Assembly (NCBI GenBank): GCA_013265495.1
Contig: MU058213.1
Span: 3,968,001 to 4,032,000, forward strand
Direction: 5' to 3'
DNA: 64,000 bases
Source of the DNA: Vicugna vicugna
Lineage: Eukaryota
The number at the start of each line of letters is the position of its first letter. The stretch's first letter is position 1. The notes under the pieces are model-generated. The model was not told the origin of the DNA. It ran no database searches and saw only the letters and a program-made list of their open reading frames with translations. Position numbers and translations under genes: made by a program. Positions 1 to 12,840 of the stretch are shown piece by piece.

Positions 1-261
1 CCAAGGGCGTCACAAAGTGTTCAGTAAGAATGACAACAGCATCAAAAAACACCACTCTCATCTGCATATGAACACAGCACACATTAGGGACAGGAAAGTT
101 AAAGTATTTCAGAAGCACAGCATTAACGAGAAAAGATTCCTCAGTAGCAAAGCCAGCTCAGTGGAGATCCTCAGTACATCGTTAATCCAACTGCCTTGCA
201 GTAACAGAGACTCAGCATGATGTTAGCAACCAGAAAGCGACATCAACATGAAAACACTGGA

Positions 262-676
262 TGTAACGGATGCTGCGTTGTGTTGCTCGGATCTGTCTTC
301 CTGTCTGAGGACTTCTTTGCGGTCACATGCTGGGAGTGCTGTCACTAGACAACCCTCAGCTGTCAGTCCTCTCCAGAAATTTCCCTCTGTCCCCTGGGAT
401 CAGCTTGCATCCAGTATCTGGCTGACGTGGGAGCACAAGAGCCTAGCCTCCTCACTGCAAGGGGAGTCGGCCCTAAAGGGCCACCCCAGCTCTTGCGAAG
501 AGCTCCCAGGGGCTGAGCTGAGACCTTGGCGGAGACCACCCTGAGCTCAGCTCTTCCTTCTGCCCAGTCCTGCTCCTTCTTGTCGGCTAACAATGATCCA
601 AGAGCACTCCCTGCTCACCTCTGCGTGCTCACTTCTGTCTCTGAGTCTGCTTCTCAGGAGAACCCAAATTTGAATA
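262..676 (+). mobile_element. ERVL solo LTR, LTR16C-like
   Basis: Starts TGTAACGGATGCTGCG, contains GCTGGGAGTGCTGTCA..AGACAACCCTCAGCTGTCAG and ends GATCCAAGAGCACTCCCT...GAGTCTGCTTC..GGAGAACCCAA, matching the recalled LTR16C layout. Confidence 0.7.
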
Positions 677-1487
677 ATAGGGAAATTAAGTTCTTTGTTT
701 CTAACATGTTATTAAAATATAAGTGTTACCTTATAACAAGGAAATATGTTTTTAACTAGCATTTAATAGGACTATAACATATTGTTCAGGCGTTACTAAA
801 TCATTATTTTCCTCAGGGTACAGGTAGGGCTGGTTGATTTACTGTGATAGAAAGCCAAGCAAGAGGGAGAAGAGCGTTGGAGGCAGACTACCAAGCTGTG
901 AAGGCCCCTACTCGGGAAATTATACTGGGGGCTGGGAAATAGAAAGGAAGTACACAGGGGGGCGGTATTAGGAGGGTGCTAGTCCTACTGGAATCCACAC
1001 AGAAAGACCTCCAGCCACCCAGCTTTCTATAGGCCTGATGCCTTCCCTCCAAGGATGCTGTCAAAGGCACTGAGGCATGGTGAAGGAATTTAGTGTGACA
1101 GTCATCTGCCTCCCCTCTGTTCTTAGTCCCTTCTGCTCTTGGCCTGATCTCTCAGAAAATCTTTCTTCCCTAAGTTTTTTTTATTAGCCGATAGACACAT
1201 GGTGAAGGCATTTGGATTATAGTAGAGAATTTAAGACAAGGTGAAAACCTTCTACCCCAGAGGCATAGATCTCAGTTGCCAATGGAAGAGTTTCAGACAC
1301 CAGGACTAGAGGAAGAGAGGAAGCAGGCAGCCCACCCAGAGGCTAAGTCAGATACTCTCCAAAAACACCTTTGACAGAGTCTTTAATTAACCATGCCTTG
1401 TGCTGAGATTATTCATCTACTTCACAGGGACACATTGGCGGTACAGTCTGCTTCACCATCAGTTTAAATTTTGGCTCTGGATTTAAC

Positions 1488-2990
1488 AATTCATTCAATA
1501 GATAATGGTTGAGAGCCTACCAGGTGCCAGAGTTCCAGCAGTAAACAAAACAGACTTCCATTGTGGGGGAAGCGGACAGAAATAAACCAATACTATAATT
1601 TCAGATAACAATAAGAGCTAAGAAGAGAATAAAGCAAGGTTAACATAAAGGACCGCTGAGGGAGGGGTGGTGACCTCTTTAGCTGTGAGGGGCTAGGCCA
1701 GCGGAGATTTCTCTGAAGAGGTAGCCTGTGAGCAGAGATCTGAATGGTAAGCATCAAACCATGCAAAGATTTAGGCCAAGAGCATCCAAGGCAAAGGCTA
1801 TATTCCACAAACGGGGGTATAGCAGGAACAGAGTAAATGAAGGGGAGAGTGGGGGGGGCTTGGAGAGTAGGAAGGGCTGGATCAAGAAGAGGCTTGAAGG
1901 CCAGACTAAAAAGAGTTTGGATTTTGCTCTAAAGGTAGTAGGAAGCCACTGGACAGATTTTTAAAGAAGAAGAAATAAGGACATGATGTAATTTTTTGAA
2001 GAGCCCTCCAAGGGCATATGAAGAGGGTACAGCAGCAAGCAAGAAGCCAGGGAGAGCAGTCGGGATGCCACGTCTGTGGAGCAGTGAGGTTGAGAATGGT
2101 GATGGTGGAGGTGATGGGGAGTGGTTGGGTCTAGAAAGTATTTTAGAAATAAAACTAATGGAACTTACGATGGATTAATGTGGAGAATGACAAAAACATT
2201 TACTCAAAGACAACTCCCAGTCCATCTTTGCCAGCACAACTGGATGAACGATTTAAATGCTGATGCAATCAACTGGGGTGGGGGATATTGGGGAGGAACA
2301 GATTTGGAGGCTAGGAAAAATCAAGAGTCCTATTTGGACCTGTGAAATTTGAGATGTCTACATCCCAGGGGTGATCTTGAGGAAACAGTTGTATATACAA
2401 GTCTATTATTCAAAGGAGAAGTTGGGGCTAGAAGCCTAGATCTAAAGTCAACATGATAAGGATGTTCTCGAAACCCAAGGGACTAGGGGTAGAGCCAGAG
2501 ATAGGAAGAGACTTAGGACTAAGCTCTGAGGAATGCTAATATTTGGAACAAGAGTTCATGACACTGGAATCCCCAGGAGAGCTTTAAATAAATATTGAAC
2601 TTGGACCCATCCCTGGAAGATTCTGATTTAATTGGTCTGGGGTGCAGCTAGACAATCAAGAGATTTAAAAGCCCCCGGTAGTTTCAATGTGCATCTAAGG
2701 TTGGGAACCATTGATTTAAATATTGGAAATAGGAGGATAAGTCAGAACAACTAGAACGAAAGGGGTCATTGTTAAGGTAGGAAGGAAACCAGGAGAGTAA
2801 CGTCGTGAAATTTATGTGAAGGGGATGTTCCAAGAATGAAATGGTCAACTGTGTCAAGTGCTGATGAGAAGTAAAGTCCAAGAAGGAAGACAGGGCCAGG
2901 GTGGGGTGACCTCAACGTGCAAAGTTGTGGTGTTCTGGGGACGAAGGCCTGCCCGGCATGGGTTAGGGGGACTGGAGGGTGAGGAAGTAG
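1488..2990 (-). mobile_element. L2 LINE 3' portion, interrupted by a MER5-type element
   Basis: Begins with the antisense L2 tail (TTCATTCAATAGATAATGGTTGAGAGCCTACCAGGTGCCAG), followed by purine-rich antisense L2 body (GAGTTTGGATTTTGCTCTAAAGGTAGTAGGAAGCCACTGG, GTCAACTGTGTCAAGTGCTG). Confidence 0.75.
2550..2713. mobile_element. MER5A-like hAT-Charlie MITE
   Basis: GATTCTGATTTAATTGGTCTGGGGTG core and AAGGTTGGGAACCATTG terminus. Confidence 0.65.
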
Positions 2991-3159
2991 AGACAGCTGC
3001 CGTCTCCTGTGTCCCCTCTGCACCAGGACCAGGACCACCCAAGTCCTGGGCTCAGACCCAGAGACTCTGGCCACCTCTTGTCCAGCAGCTTGGATCTCCA
3101 GTGCCCCTCAAATAACACCATCTAAACGACTTGCCCATAAAGCCAGTCAACACTGACTC

Positions 3160-3290
3160 CACCAACTCATTTAATACCTGCTGAGCACTTGGATGTGCTC
3201 GTCATTGTGAGGCAGTGGGGATAGAAAATCCAATAAGATACATTTCTTGCTCCCATGAAATTTTCAATCCATTGAAGAAGACAGTCACAA
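3160..3290 (-). mobile_element. L2 3' fragment
   Basis: Antisense L2 tail pattern CATTTAATACCTGCTGAGCACTT...GGGGATAGAAA..AATAAGATAC..TTCTTGCTCCCATGAAATTT. Confidence 0.55.
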
Positions 3291-3319
3291 ACAATCACAA
3301 CAAAATAGTCATCTTGATT

Positions 3320-4238
3320 CTACATCTGCAACATCCACCTACTTTCCATGCCCATTCCCACCAACCTAGTTCAGGCCTTGAAAATGAATAATAGTGTCCT
3401 GACCAGTCTCCCTGTGTCCAGCTTCCCTTCTTGTTCATCTAGTTAAAACCCTGCTACCAAATTCCTTTTCCTAAAGCAAAGCTCTGTCCATGTCATTCAT
3501 TAATTGTGGAAGCATTAATTTAGCACCTACTAAATACAAAAAGAAATACAGTCCTCTCTCCTATGATGCTAGGGTCAACTTCTGGTTCCAAAAGCCTGAT
3601 TGTGTAATCTCATTCAGAGGTAACCACAGTTACCCAGTCCATACATGAATCTCCTTTATGAATCCCTATAATTCATAAGAGGATAGCTGGATAAAAACAT
3701 TTCCAGTTGGTACTTAAACCTCCAAGGATGGAGAATTCACTTTTGAAAACAAGTTCAATACACGTTCAAGGAGTTGGAAACGTGTAAAAGTTCCTCCTTC
3801 ATAGTGCTTCCTGCTTAGCAGTTAGAGTGAAAACTTCCTGGCTGGCATTCAAGGTCTGCTCTAATCTGACCCCGAGGCATTCCGGTTTTAGCATCTAACA
3901 TTCTCCTTGATGTTTCCTTCCCAGAACATGCTTTATATCACGAAACTCTCCCTCTATTCCCTCATATCCAAGTCCTTCAAGACGGGGCTCAAGCACCATG
4001 TTCTCCATAAAACCACCCTGAGTGTCTCAGCACACCCAGCATCTCCCTCACCTGAGACCCCTCAGACATTTTTCCCTACCTTGTGCTTTCCCAGCTTTGC
4101 TGACTGGAGCACATGTCCTGTTTTCCATGCCTCACTGAGAGGTCCATGAGACTTGGGTCCCTCTCTCGGGCGCCTCTGTCTCCCACCCAGTGCCCAGCAC
4201 GGTGACTTGAAAGTTTCATTAGACACCTGTGGAATGAC
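3320..4238 (+). mobile_element. L2 3' region, fragmented
   Basis: CCACCAACCTAGTTCAGGCC, CTGGCATTCAAGG, TCCTTCAAGAC..GCTCAA and a degenerate tail CAGTGCCCAGCACGGTG...TGTGGAATGA. Confidence 0.6.
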
Positions 4239-4680
4239 CACAGCAGCAATTTGGATTTGTTTCCCACTTTGTGCAAGAAAGAAGCTATATTAGCTTTCCT
4301 ACTGACTCTAATTTTCTGATTCTCAAATTTAAAGAAAGTATTAGACATTTATTGCATGCTTGAGATTGTGTTTTTCTCATTTCCAAGTAAAAGACACAGT
4401 TGTTAAGGGGGGGTGGATAAAGACAATAAACATGAAACAATTCTCTTATAAACAGATGATAATAAAATATTAGCTGTGAGCAACAGGAAAAAACAAAGGA
4501 GATCATGGAGGGAGGAGAAGGAGGAGATGTCAGTGGTCAAGAGTCACTATGCAAAGTTAGGAGAAAGAGAAGTTCGTTGAACCTGGCTTTGAATCTCCAT
4601 ATGAAGAGTTCTGGGCATTTTAAGCCTGAAGCAAAGGCAGAGCCAGGGACACTAGAGGGAGCCACGGCTGCAGTCTGGAG
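3975..4680 (+). repeat. Local direct duplication, copy 1 (paralog at about 6815-7560)
   Basis: 4122-4248 matches 6973-7099 with 8 mismatches in 127 bp and no gaps (hand count); the flanks align more weakly. Confidence 0.9.
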
Positions 4681-6814
4681 AGAAAGCTTCCCAGCTCAGT
4701 CAGCCTTGGGTTCAGAGATTCTAAAAGATTCGCTTAAGATAATTTCTAAAATGAAAATTATTTTGAGTCTATTTTCAGTTTTCACTGCTGTTAAACCTCT
4801 TTTGAGGGGATAAATATAAAGTTTTCAATGTCTGCACATCTATGTCAATTTTGTCTGTGACTATCTCCTAAATCTTAACTGTCAGCTACTGGGATTTGGG
4901 GGTGGATGTAAAGAAGGATCAGGCGAGACCCTGCGCAGTGACCTCCCTGCTCACTCAGACTGGCCTGAAGCCGGGGTGGTCTGTGACCACAGGTTCCAGG
5001 GTCAGGAGTCCAAAGGTTGCTGCTTACACGTTTAAATACGAGGCCTGCGGGGCGGACTGCAGCAAAGAGGCCACCCCTCTAGCCTTTTCATTCAGTCCGA
5101 GTCCACAGACAGCCCTAAGCAAGGCATGCTTAAAAGTGGAAGTTTAAAGTTCTGGGGCTGCAATGTGAGTTCAGTCTGGCCACCATCAGCACTGCCAGGG
5201 CCTGCCTGGTGGATGGACAGATGCAGAGACCAAGGCCCCCATCCACCTGCAGGTGAGAAGAGTGAGGAGTAGTTGGAAGGTGGAAAAAAGGAAATTGGGT
5301 GCAGCCCTGATGCACTACCTTACCTCAAACAGGGTGACATTAAACAAAGTCAAATCACATCTACCAAAGGAGTAGTGCTGGATCGTATATTTTCGCCATA
5401 TATAAATGCTTACTTACACTAAATTTTGGGATAGAGTAGCTTAAAAAATAAAAGATAAAAAGGATAGCATACCTCTAAGGCAGTAGTGACTTAAAGCTTG
5501 CTCAGGCTTAAGGGACAAGGGACCTCAGGGCCAAGAGGGAGGACACCCTAGGGTACCCTGGCTTGTAGGGTCTTCTCACACTGCCCACCCCGCTGTACCA
5601 CCAGACAGAAACCTAAACAATCAGAGGGCAGCAGGAGGGGAGGGAGGGGAGGACCTCACCAGCCACTGGAGTGCCCAGGAGGCTCCCTTTTCATCCAGAT
5701 GCCACTTTCAGAACTCCTCTTGCTGTGGCCGTCTCTAGCTTGCCATTAAGTCGAGGGCAGGAGGCTGAGGACCCAGATCTAGAGGGGAGAATGGAGAGGA
5801 AGTTGTGAGTGCAGGCTGTGAAGAAGCAAGCCCATCCCCAGCATCTCTCTGTTCTCCCTGCCCTATGCTGCTGTCCTGGCATCGGGATGTTTTCCCTGGT
5901 CCCCCTAAGTCCAAAGGGATTAAGGAAAGGGGGATAAGAGAAAGCAAGAAGACGGGAAGAGGAGCTTGCTTTGGCCCCTGGACATGCCCAGTGAGGGTGA
6001 GCTGGGCCAACAGAAGCGCCAGTAAGGCCGAAGCTGCTACTCCTATGGGTGGGGAAGAATGGAACTGAGTCCCAGGGAGGTCAGGAAAGTGACCCTTCTG
6101 TGTAGGTGGGGGATGAGGGGATGGAGGTGTGGGAGTGGTAGTGTTGGGGGGTACAGAGCCAGCCTGAAGGCAAGGTGAGGGGGCAGGTGGGGGCCTTGGG
6201 GGCCTCTGGGGAGAGAGCTCGGAAGCTCCCTGCCTTGCCTGAGGCCTGAGTTCTTTCCTGAGTTCTGAGGCTGCCTGAGGCAGGGCACAGGCAGAATGGG
6301 GAGTGGAGGGGGCAGCGCTCTGCTCCATCTCTGGGGGCACAGTATGAACCCCAAGATAACCAGGGCCACCCCGCGCAGAGAGCAGAAATGCTCAGCACAT
6401 GTGGGCAAACAGGAGGGGCCCAGCGGGGCCTTGGTCTAGCCTGCTGGTCTGGGACCCACCCCAGACGGCCAGAGCCCGTCTCAGCTGCCAAAGGCAAGTT
6501 GGACCACAAGCTTCCTGCACTTGGCGAGGTGTGGAGGGGGGGAAGGGAGGGGAGTTAAAGTGAGACACAAGAGGAGAGAGACAGCCCTTCTTGTGCATGA
6601 GGTGCTGGGCCAGCCACATCAGGAGGTGCTCTGAGCTCTGACTCTGGTGGACAGAAGTGTCTTCCAGCGGCAAACCCTCAGGAGGCTCAGCGTGGATGGG
6701 CGGCACAGTCACGGTCATCCTAGCTGACACCTGTGCTGCTTCTGAGTCGGAAGTGAAGCTTGGCGAAGGCCACATGCATTCACACGGAAGGCTCTTCCCC
6801 CGCTCCCACAGAGC

Positions 6815-7560
6815 AGATCCTTCCACGTGGAGTGCCAGTGCCCCTTAAGAACCACCCTGAGTCCTTCAGCTGACCATCATCTGACCCAGCATCTCCCTCA
6901 CCTGGGACCCTCAGACTTGTTTTTACCTTCCCCATGGGTTTCCTCCTTTGCTGATTGGGGAACATGTTCTGCTTTCCATGCCTCACTGAGAGGTCCATGA
7001 GACCTGGGTCCCTCTCTCAGGTGCCTCAGTCTCCTGCACAGTGCCCAGCACGGTGACCTGAAAGTTTCATTAGACACCTGTGGAATGACCACAGCAGCAG
7101 TTCCCTGGATCTGTGTGCCATTCTGGGAAAAGAGGAAGCTATATGAATGTTTCTCAAAGCTCTTATGTTCTGATTCCCAATTAAATTAAATATTCGACAC
7201 TTGCTGCATGCCCAATACTGTCTCTCTCATTTCAGAGACGTGAAAGATACAAGTGTGATTCTGTCGTGGTAACTCAAATGTACAAGGAACAATTAGATTA
7301 TGAGGCTGAATATAATAAAACTTTAAATTGCACATCATAAGAGCTCAACAGGAGAGAGAGAGATGCGTGTGGTCCAGTGAGGGCACGGAGAGCTAAAAGG
7401 AAGAGAAGGTAGTTGATGGTGAGGGGATCTGTACAGGTCGCCAGCCCCACAGATGTTGCAGCCTCGCCCTTGGTGCCTTGCCCATTTGGGCTCTTCACTG
7501 CTGCCGTTCCACTGGGGAAACCAGAGGCAAGTCAGGGGACTGGAGCAGCCCCTGGCAGAA
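6815..7560 (+). repeat. Local direct duplication, copy 2 (offset 2851 bp)
   Basis: Shares AACCACCCTGAG, ACCCAGCATCTCCCTCACCTG, the 127-bp core, GAAGCTATAT and TCTCATTTC anchors with copy 1, in the same order. Confidence 0.9.
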
Positions 7561-9840
7561 CAGGACACCATCTCCCTGGTCTTCTTGTTGATCTTCAAGC
7601 TACCCAAGCAGCAGCTGCAGTCATTGTTAAGAAGGTCCAATCATCAGGACCTTCCTTGGGTTTCTGCTACTCAGACCTTGGGAAAACCAGGGTGGGGTGG
7701 CTGGGAGTCATCCTGCTTTTCAGCTCAGTACGAGTGAGCTTTGCTATAACACTCTTCACAGAGACCTTACCCTGACCATCCAGGAGGGACGTTCCCAGCG
7801 TCTTGTGGGGCTTCCCATACCTTCACCCTTGCCCCGAGACATGGGTTATCTTTTGCACAGTTCCCACTGCCCAGGTATTGGGGAGTGATTCGGATGCTCA
7901 GCTGGTGGCCGCAGGAACACAACTGTCCTCAGCTCAGGCATCCAAGATGCCCCTAGACCACTCCCCTTCCACCGAGACACAACAGTTTCCTTCTCCAGAG
8001 TCTGGTCTGCGTCTGGTTTCCTAGGTAGGACGGCAAGTGGCACGCCCTCAGGGGTAGGCTCGCTGCCTTGTCTGTCAAGATGAGTCAGGGCAGGAGCGGA
8101 GCTGCCGAGAAACCAGTCTTGGGCCCCAGTGTTGCTTTTTCATGCAGATTTAACAGTTGCTCTGAGATAACATGGTCTGTAAGTCCAACAAACAGGCACA
8201 CGCAAAGCTCAGAACACAGGCTGGCGTTGTCATGGTGCCATGCTTTATGGCTTCACAGAATTCCACTGTTTCCCACAACGGCCATCACTGCCCCTCCCTA
8301 TGGGTATCTTTAGGTCTCCAGTGCCTAGCGCAGAGCCTGGCACGCAGCAGACATCCTATAATGATGCTGAATCCTGAGGGAGACACTTGGCAGATGAATG
8401 ACATTAGCTAATGCAGCCTTAAAGGTATGGTATGACACAGTGATAAAGATAAATATGCTCTATCTCATTTTACAACAGTAAATCTGAAACCCCATCTTTC
8501 AGGAAAGCATTGTCTCCACCGTGAAGCCCACGTCAGTGATCCTGCTTATCGAATTCTGTTGAGCGAGTGTGGAAGGAGCAGCTCTCTGTAATCTATTTAC
8601 CTTAAGGAGCTCAGTCACGTGCTCAGCTCACAGGCCCGTTTATCAGGATGAAGGATGCTCTCTGGAGAGAGCAGACAGCAGGACAGGCCGGGCTCGGATG
8701 ACAGTCTGCCCTGTGGAGATTGACTTTAATGAAGCACAGAATAAACAGGAAGATTAAGAGGGTGCAAAAATCAGTGACAAGTTTTTGAGTTCACCTCTCT
8801 GTAGGAAACAAAAGGTTCTCTGTACAGCTGAGCGCTGTCTCTGGGTTATAGATGGGGGCATCTGTTTGGTCACTAATGATCCCACACTATCTAAGTCAGC
8901 CTCTGTGCCAGGAAAGAAAAGTTTTCTCTTAATTTACAGACCCACTTCTGTGCAATTTAAATTTACCCACCATGTGATTTGCTTTATAGTGAGTAGGAAG
9001 ACTGAGGCTTTACTAAACGATTTGAGAAATTATTTACTAGGCTAAAATGTTAGTCTGATAAACAAAGACTAAATATGTTTCATATTGTTCTTGTATGTAG
9101 TCCTCCACTGTGTGATGAGAAATCATGCTCGTTCAGAGCTCATGACTCAAAGATACAGTCAGTCCTGTAGGGATGACTCACCTTATAGAAGGCCTACATT
9201 CTTGGAATAAAACAAAAATGAAAACTAGTCTTCCTCATTAAACAGGGCCATGTCCACAGGAACTTAATGGCATTCAGACATTTTACTGTATATTGCTTCA
9301 GTTTCTCATTCAATATATGATTTTTCCCCAATGAATAGAAACAAGTTACAAAACAGCCAGAGGACATAGTCTAATATTCACACCCATCTTTTGAAGATGA
9401 CAGTTTCATTTAGAGGATCTAAATGGGGATCTTATTTCGTTGTCATTTCCTTTTGAATACGTAGATCTTACTAAAGGTGGGAGCAGAATTTTGATTCATA
9501 TAGCGTCTTCCTTATTCTTTAATTGAACTGTGAGAACGGGGGAGGGGGTGTACGTTAATATGTTCACGGGACAGGATGCAGACATGCTGCGGTATTGTAG
9601 CCTTCCTACCAGTAGATGGCACTCTGGTTCAAATTGCTATTCTAAGCTTTCAGTTGCCCAGCACGAACACTTCGAACACTTTGTGAGCAGTAATTGTGAG
9701 GAAGACACTGTACCAGTCCACTGAGATGTATCCAAGGAAAATGTGCAGCAACACAACAGAAACTCAAAACAATTCTGGGCAAACTATTTTAGGAGTGTTG
9801 GCTTGTACAAGGATACAGGGGACAGTCCTAATAGAGTAAT

Positions 9841-9930
9841 GGGAGGTGGGTAATAGTGCAGTGGTAGAATGCATGCTTAACATGCACAAAGTCCTGGGTT
9901 CTATCCCCAGTACCTCCATTAAAAAAAAAA
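9841..9930 (+). mobile_element. tRNA-derived SINE, camelid Vic-1 type, short form
   Basis: A-box-like TAGTGCAGTGGTAGA, B-box-like CTGGGTTCTATCCCCAGTACCTCC, poly(A) tail; degenerate TSD TAATAGAGTAAT / TAACAGGGTGAT. Confidence 0.8.
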
Positions 9931-11599
9931 TAACAGGGTGATCAGAATGCTTGGACTCGATGAGATTAGTTGAGAACTCCTTTATGGAAGAGTTTCCTTA
10001 AGCAGAGTGCTTGAATGCAGAGGAAGGGACATGAGGCCGCAAGAGGCAGGTGTTCGAGGTAGAAGTCAGTCTACTTTAAGATACTTATCTGATGTAGGCT
10101 CAATGTTAATAGCTAAGCTTCATACAATGATAAGAAAGTGGTGGGGGCAGGTAAGGGAGGGAGCAAGAAAAACACTCAGCTTTGCAAAAATAAACAAAAA
10201 TAAAACACGGTCAGCCAAAATTAGGCCTTCCATCTGATTTTCACTTTTGATTATCACAGTAAATAAAATACAGATCAGCTAATTCAGCCAATATCTTTAA
10301 TTTCTGGGTTTGTATAAGTGTTAAGTACTTATATTTATATTTTACATTATATAATTCTGGAGATGGTGGAATTTGTAGCAATCAAATGTATACATTACAT
10401 ATTCTACCTAAATGTAGAATTCTGAACCATGTGTCTTCAGCCCTTCCAAGGAGCTATGCGTTAGACTTTAATTTTTCTTACCTTTGTTATTTCCTAATTT
10501 TCTGGCTTTCTCCTTTTGCAAATTTTTGTGTATTGTTTATTTGCTTTGCCTAAGTAAAGAGAGAAATGTATTTGTGGTTGGGATTTAGCCTGGATTTATT
10601 CTTAGAGCATTTGAAGCAAAAGAAGAATCTTAATTGGCATTATACTTTCTAATGCAGATTCAAAGTTAAAGCAGTAAGGAGATGTTTTAAATAATTCAAC
10701 AGAAACTACACCAAATGAACAGTTAGTTAAAGCTCTTGAAGTTCTCAAATACAGTAAATCATTAATGGGAAATATGTTGCTTAATCTACAGAAAGTGTTT
10801 TCCATTCACCATATGTTACCAGGACTATCATTAAAATAGTAATTTATTATGAGGATGAGTCTTTAATACACAGTGCTGAGGCCCCAGGTTCTGGAACCAC
10901 TCACTAGGTCAGCATTTTGTGGTTTTAAGCAGTGGTGTGCCTTGGGTAAGAAAAAGAGGAGGTTTATTAATTCTTGATGCATTTTAAACACAGAAATATT
11001 GTACTTTATTTTTTCCTGGAACAGGGAAAACTACCATTACACGAATAGGTTAAACGCTCTGATTGGTTAGTTCTCCTCAAGATTGATAATGCCTCCTTTT
11101 CAATGTGAATGGATGTTCCCAACAAGCTGTCATTGAGACAGGGAGGATGTTTTTATGTGGTCCCTGCTGTGGTCACTGTTCCGACCAACAGAAGCAGTCT
11201 GCAGGAGGACCAGGTAAGTTTAAGAGTGCAGTCTGTTGGGAAAGTAGAGGAAAGGTAGCTGTCGTGTGGGGGGTCATGACCCAAGCCTTGTGAGCCCACT
11301 GCTCTCCAACTCAGCCAGTCAGCCTCAGTCCATTTGAGTTTCTTGGTTATGCCACTCTTGAACTGCAGGTTTGCTAGTTTTGATATTTGGAGAGAGTCCT
11401 TAGGCCATATTTCCTGAATGAGAAGATGCATGTCCTGTGAGGTAAGTCTGTGTGACTGGAAGGAGGGGTGGAGTTGCCTTAAGTGGGGTGAGTGGTACAA
11501 GGTTAACCAAGGGCGGCATTGTGGAGGGCCCTGAGCACCCAGGACTTGGGTCTTTTAGAAACAAGTCTGGGATTGAGGCTCCACACACTATTCCTCTTA

Positions 11600-11759
11600 A
11601 TTTAAAAAAGTATTTATTATTGTATTATTTAATTATTTTATTTTGGCCGGGGGGAGGTAATTAGGTTTATTTATCTTTAGAGGAGGTACTAGGGATATGA
11701 ACCCAGGACCTCATGCACGCTAAGCATGTGCTCTACCACTTGAGCTATACCCTCCCCCC
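11600..11759 (-). mobile_element. tRNA-derived SINE, camelid Vic-1 type
   Basis: Reverse complement reads GGGGGAGGGTATAGCTCAAGTGGTAGAGCACATGCTTAGCGTGCATGAGGTCCTGGGTTC...TACCTCCTCTAAAGATAAATAAACCTAATTACCTCCCCCC plus an A-rich tail. Confidence 0.85.
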
Positions 11760-11868
11760 ATACACACACTCTTACATTTAGCCCCAGTCGTTTCTGACAC
11801 TTGCCAGGCAATTGCAACTTAAATTTTTTATTTCCAATCATAACCCATGAAAAGAATCTTATAGGCCC

Positions 11869-11936
11869 CTAAAATATTCATGTTATTGCTGCTGCATGTT
11901 CATGCTAGAATTTGAGGGCTTGCCTTCAGCTATACC
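11869..11936 (+). repeat. Unique-looking 68-bp segment duplicated at 16979-17046 (probable donor)
   Basis: 66 of 68 bases identical to 16979-17046. Confidence 0.95.
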
Positions 11937-12794
11937 TTAGCATAAAAGAAATTGTAGTAAAAATAATTGGCATAAAGCCATCAACTTGTTCATTTGCTCT
12001 CTTTCACTGTAAGGCAATAAAGGAATTAAATGATGTCTCATTCGGCTTTATACATTTGCATACTTAAATGTTTGGATACTTCCTTGCTAAGTAAATTGGG
12101 CCTGATCAGACAAGCCAGGAGTGGGTGAATACCTCAAATTTTCAAATGTATTCATTCTTTCCAACTGTGGATTGCAAGTAATATTTTTATTGACTATTAT
12201 ACTGCATCAATGACATGTTGAATGAATGACACAGGTTAACAAAGCTGTATGCTGCTTGTGAAAAATAAGTTATATACATGCTAGCGATATATACTATATT
12301 TTTGCAAATACACATATTCCAGTAATACACACACATACAAAAATTAGTGTATCACCATCTGTGAGTACAAATTAAGTCATTTTAACATTTAATGGACAAA
12401 ATCCAATGGCCCTGAGCTCTTCTCCTGATTGATTATCCAGGCTTTTACAAAGTCCACTTCCCAAAATACTTCTGAGAAGCCCAGGGGAACTGATATGCAT
12501 AAAAAAAATTAGTCTCATGCCCAATGACCTCATTAATGTATAACTCCTGTTTACATATCTGTTAATTTTGAGATTTGTTCACACAAAGCAAGAACTATGA
12601 AAAAAAAGTGGTTCCAATGTAATTACCTATTCCTGTCAACCACAGCATAGAGCTTCCTTGTTTTGTTCAGGAAGCAGCAGTTTGGAGGTGATAGCAAAGT
12701 ATTCTCTCTTCTCTGTATTCCCCCTCTCCCCACCCATCCAAGATGTCCCAAAGCTAAGCAGTTTGATGTCCAAGTGATCCAATTCATGACAGGT

Positions 12795-12840
12795 ACACAC
12801 GCACACACACATACACACACACACTCACACATACATACAA
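12795..12840. repeat. Imperfect (CA)n microsatellite
   Basis: ACACACGCACACACACATACACACACACACTCACACATACATAC. Confidence 0.9.

Noticed and set aside
4120..4480. miR-28/151-like hairpin from tail-to-tail L2 fragments
   Set aside because: I find only a short imperfect stem (GAGAGG...CCTCTC); no stem of pre-miRNA length is visible.
5735..6826. 201-aa, 142-aa and 144-aa minus-strand ORFs
   Set aside because: Pro/Ser-rich low-complexity translations of a G-rich tract, overlapping in several frames, with non-ATG starts and no domain I recognise.
11024..11218. Plus-strand exon ending in CAG|GTAAGT
   Set aside because: Isolated strong donor with no recognisable coding content or partner exons.
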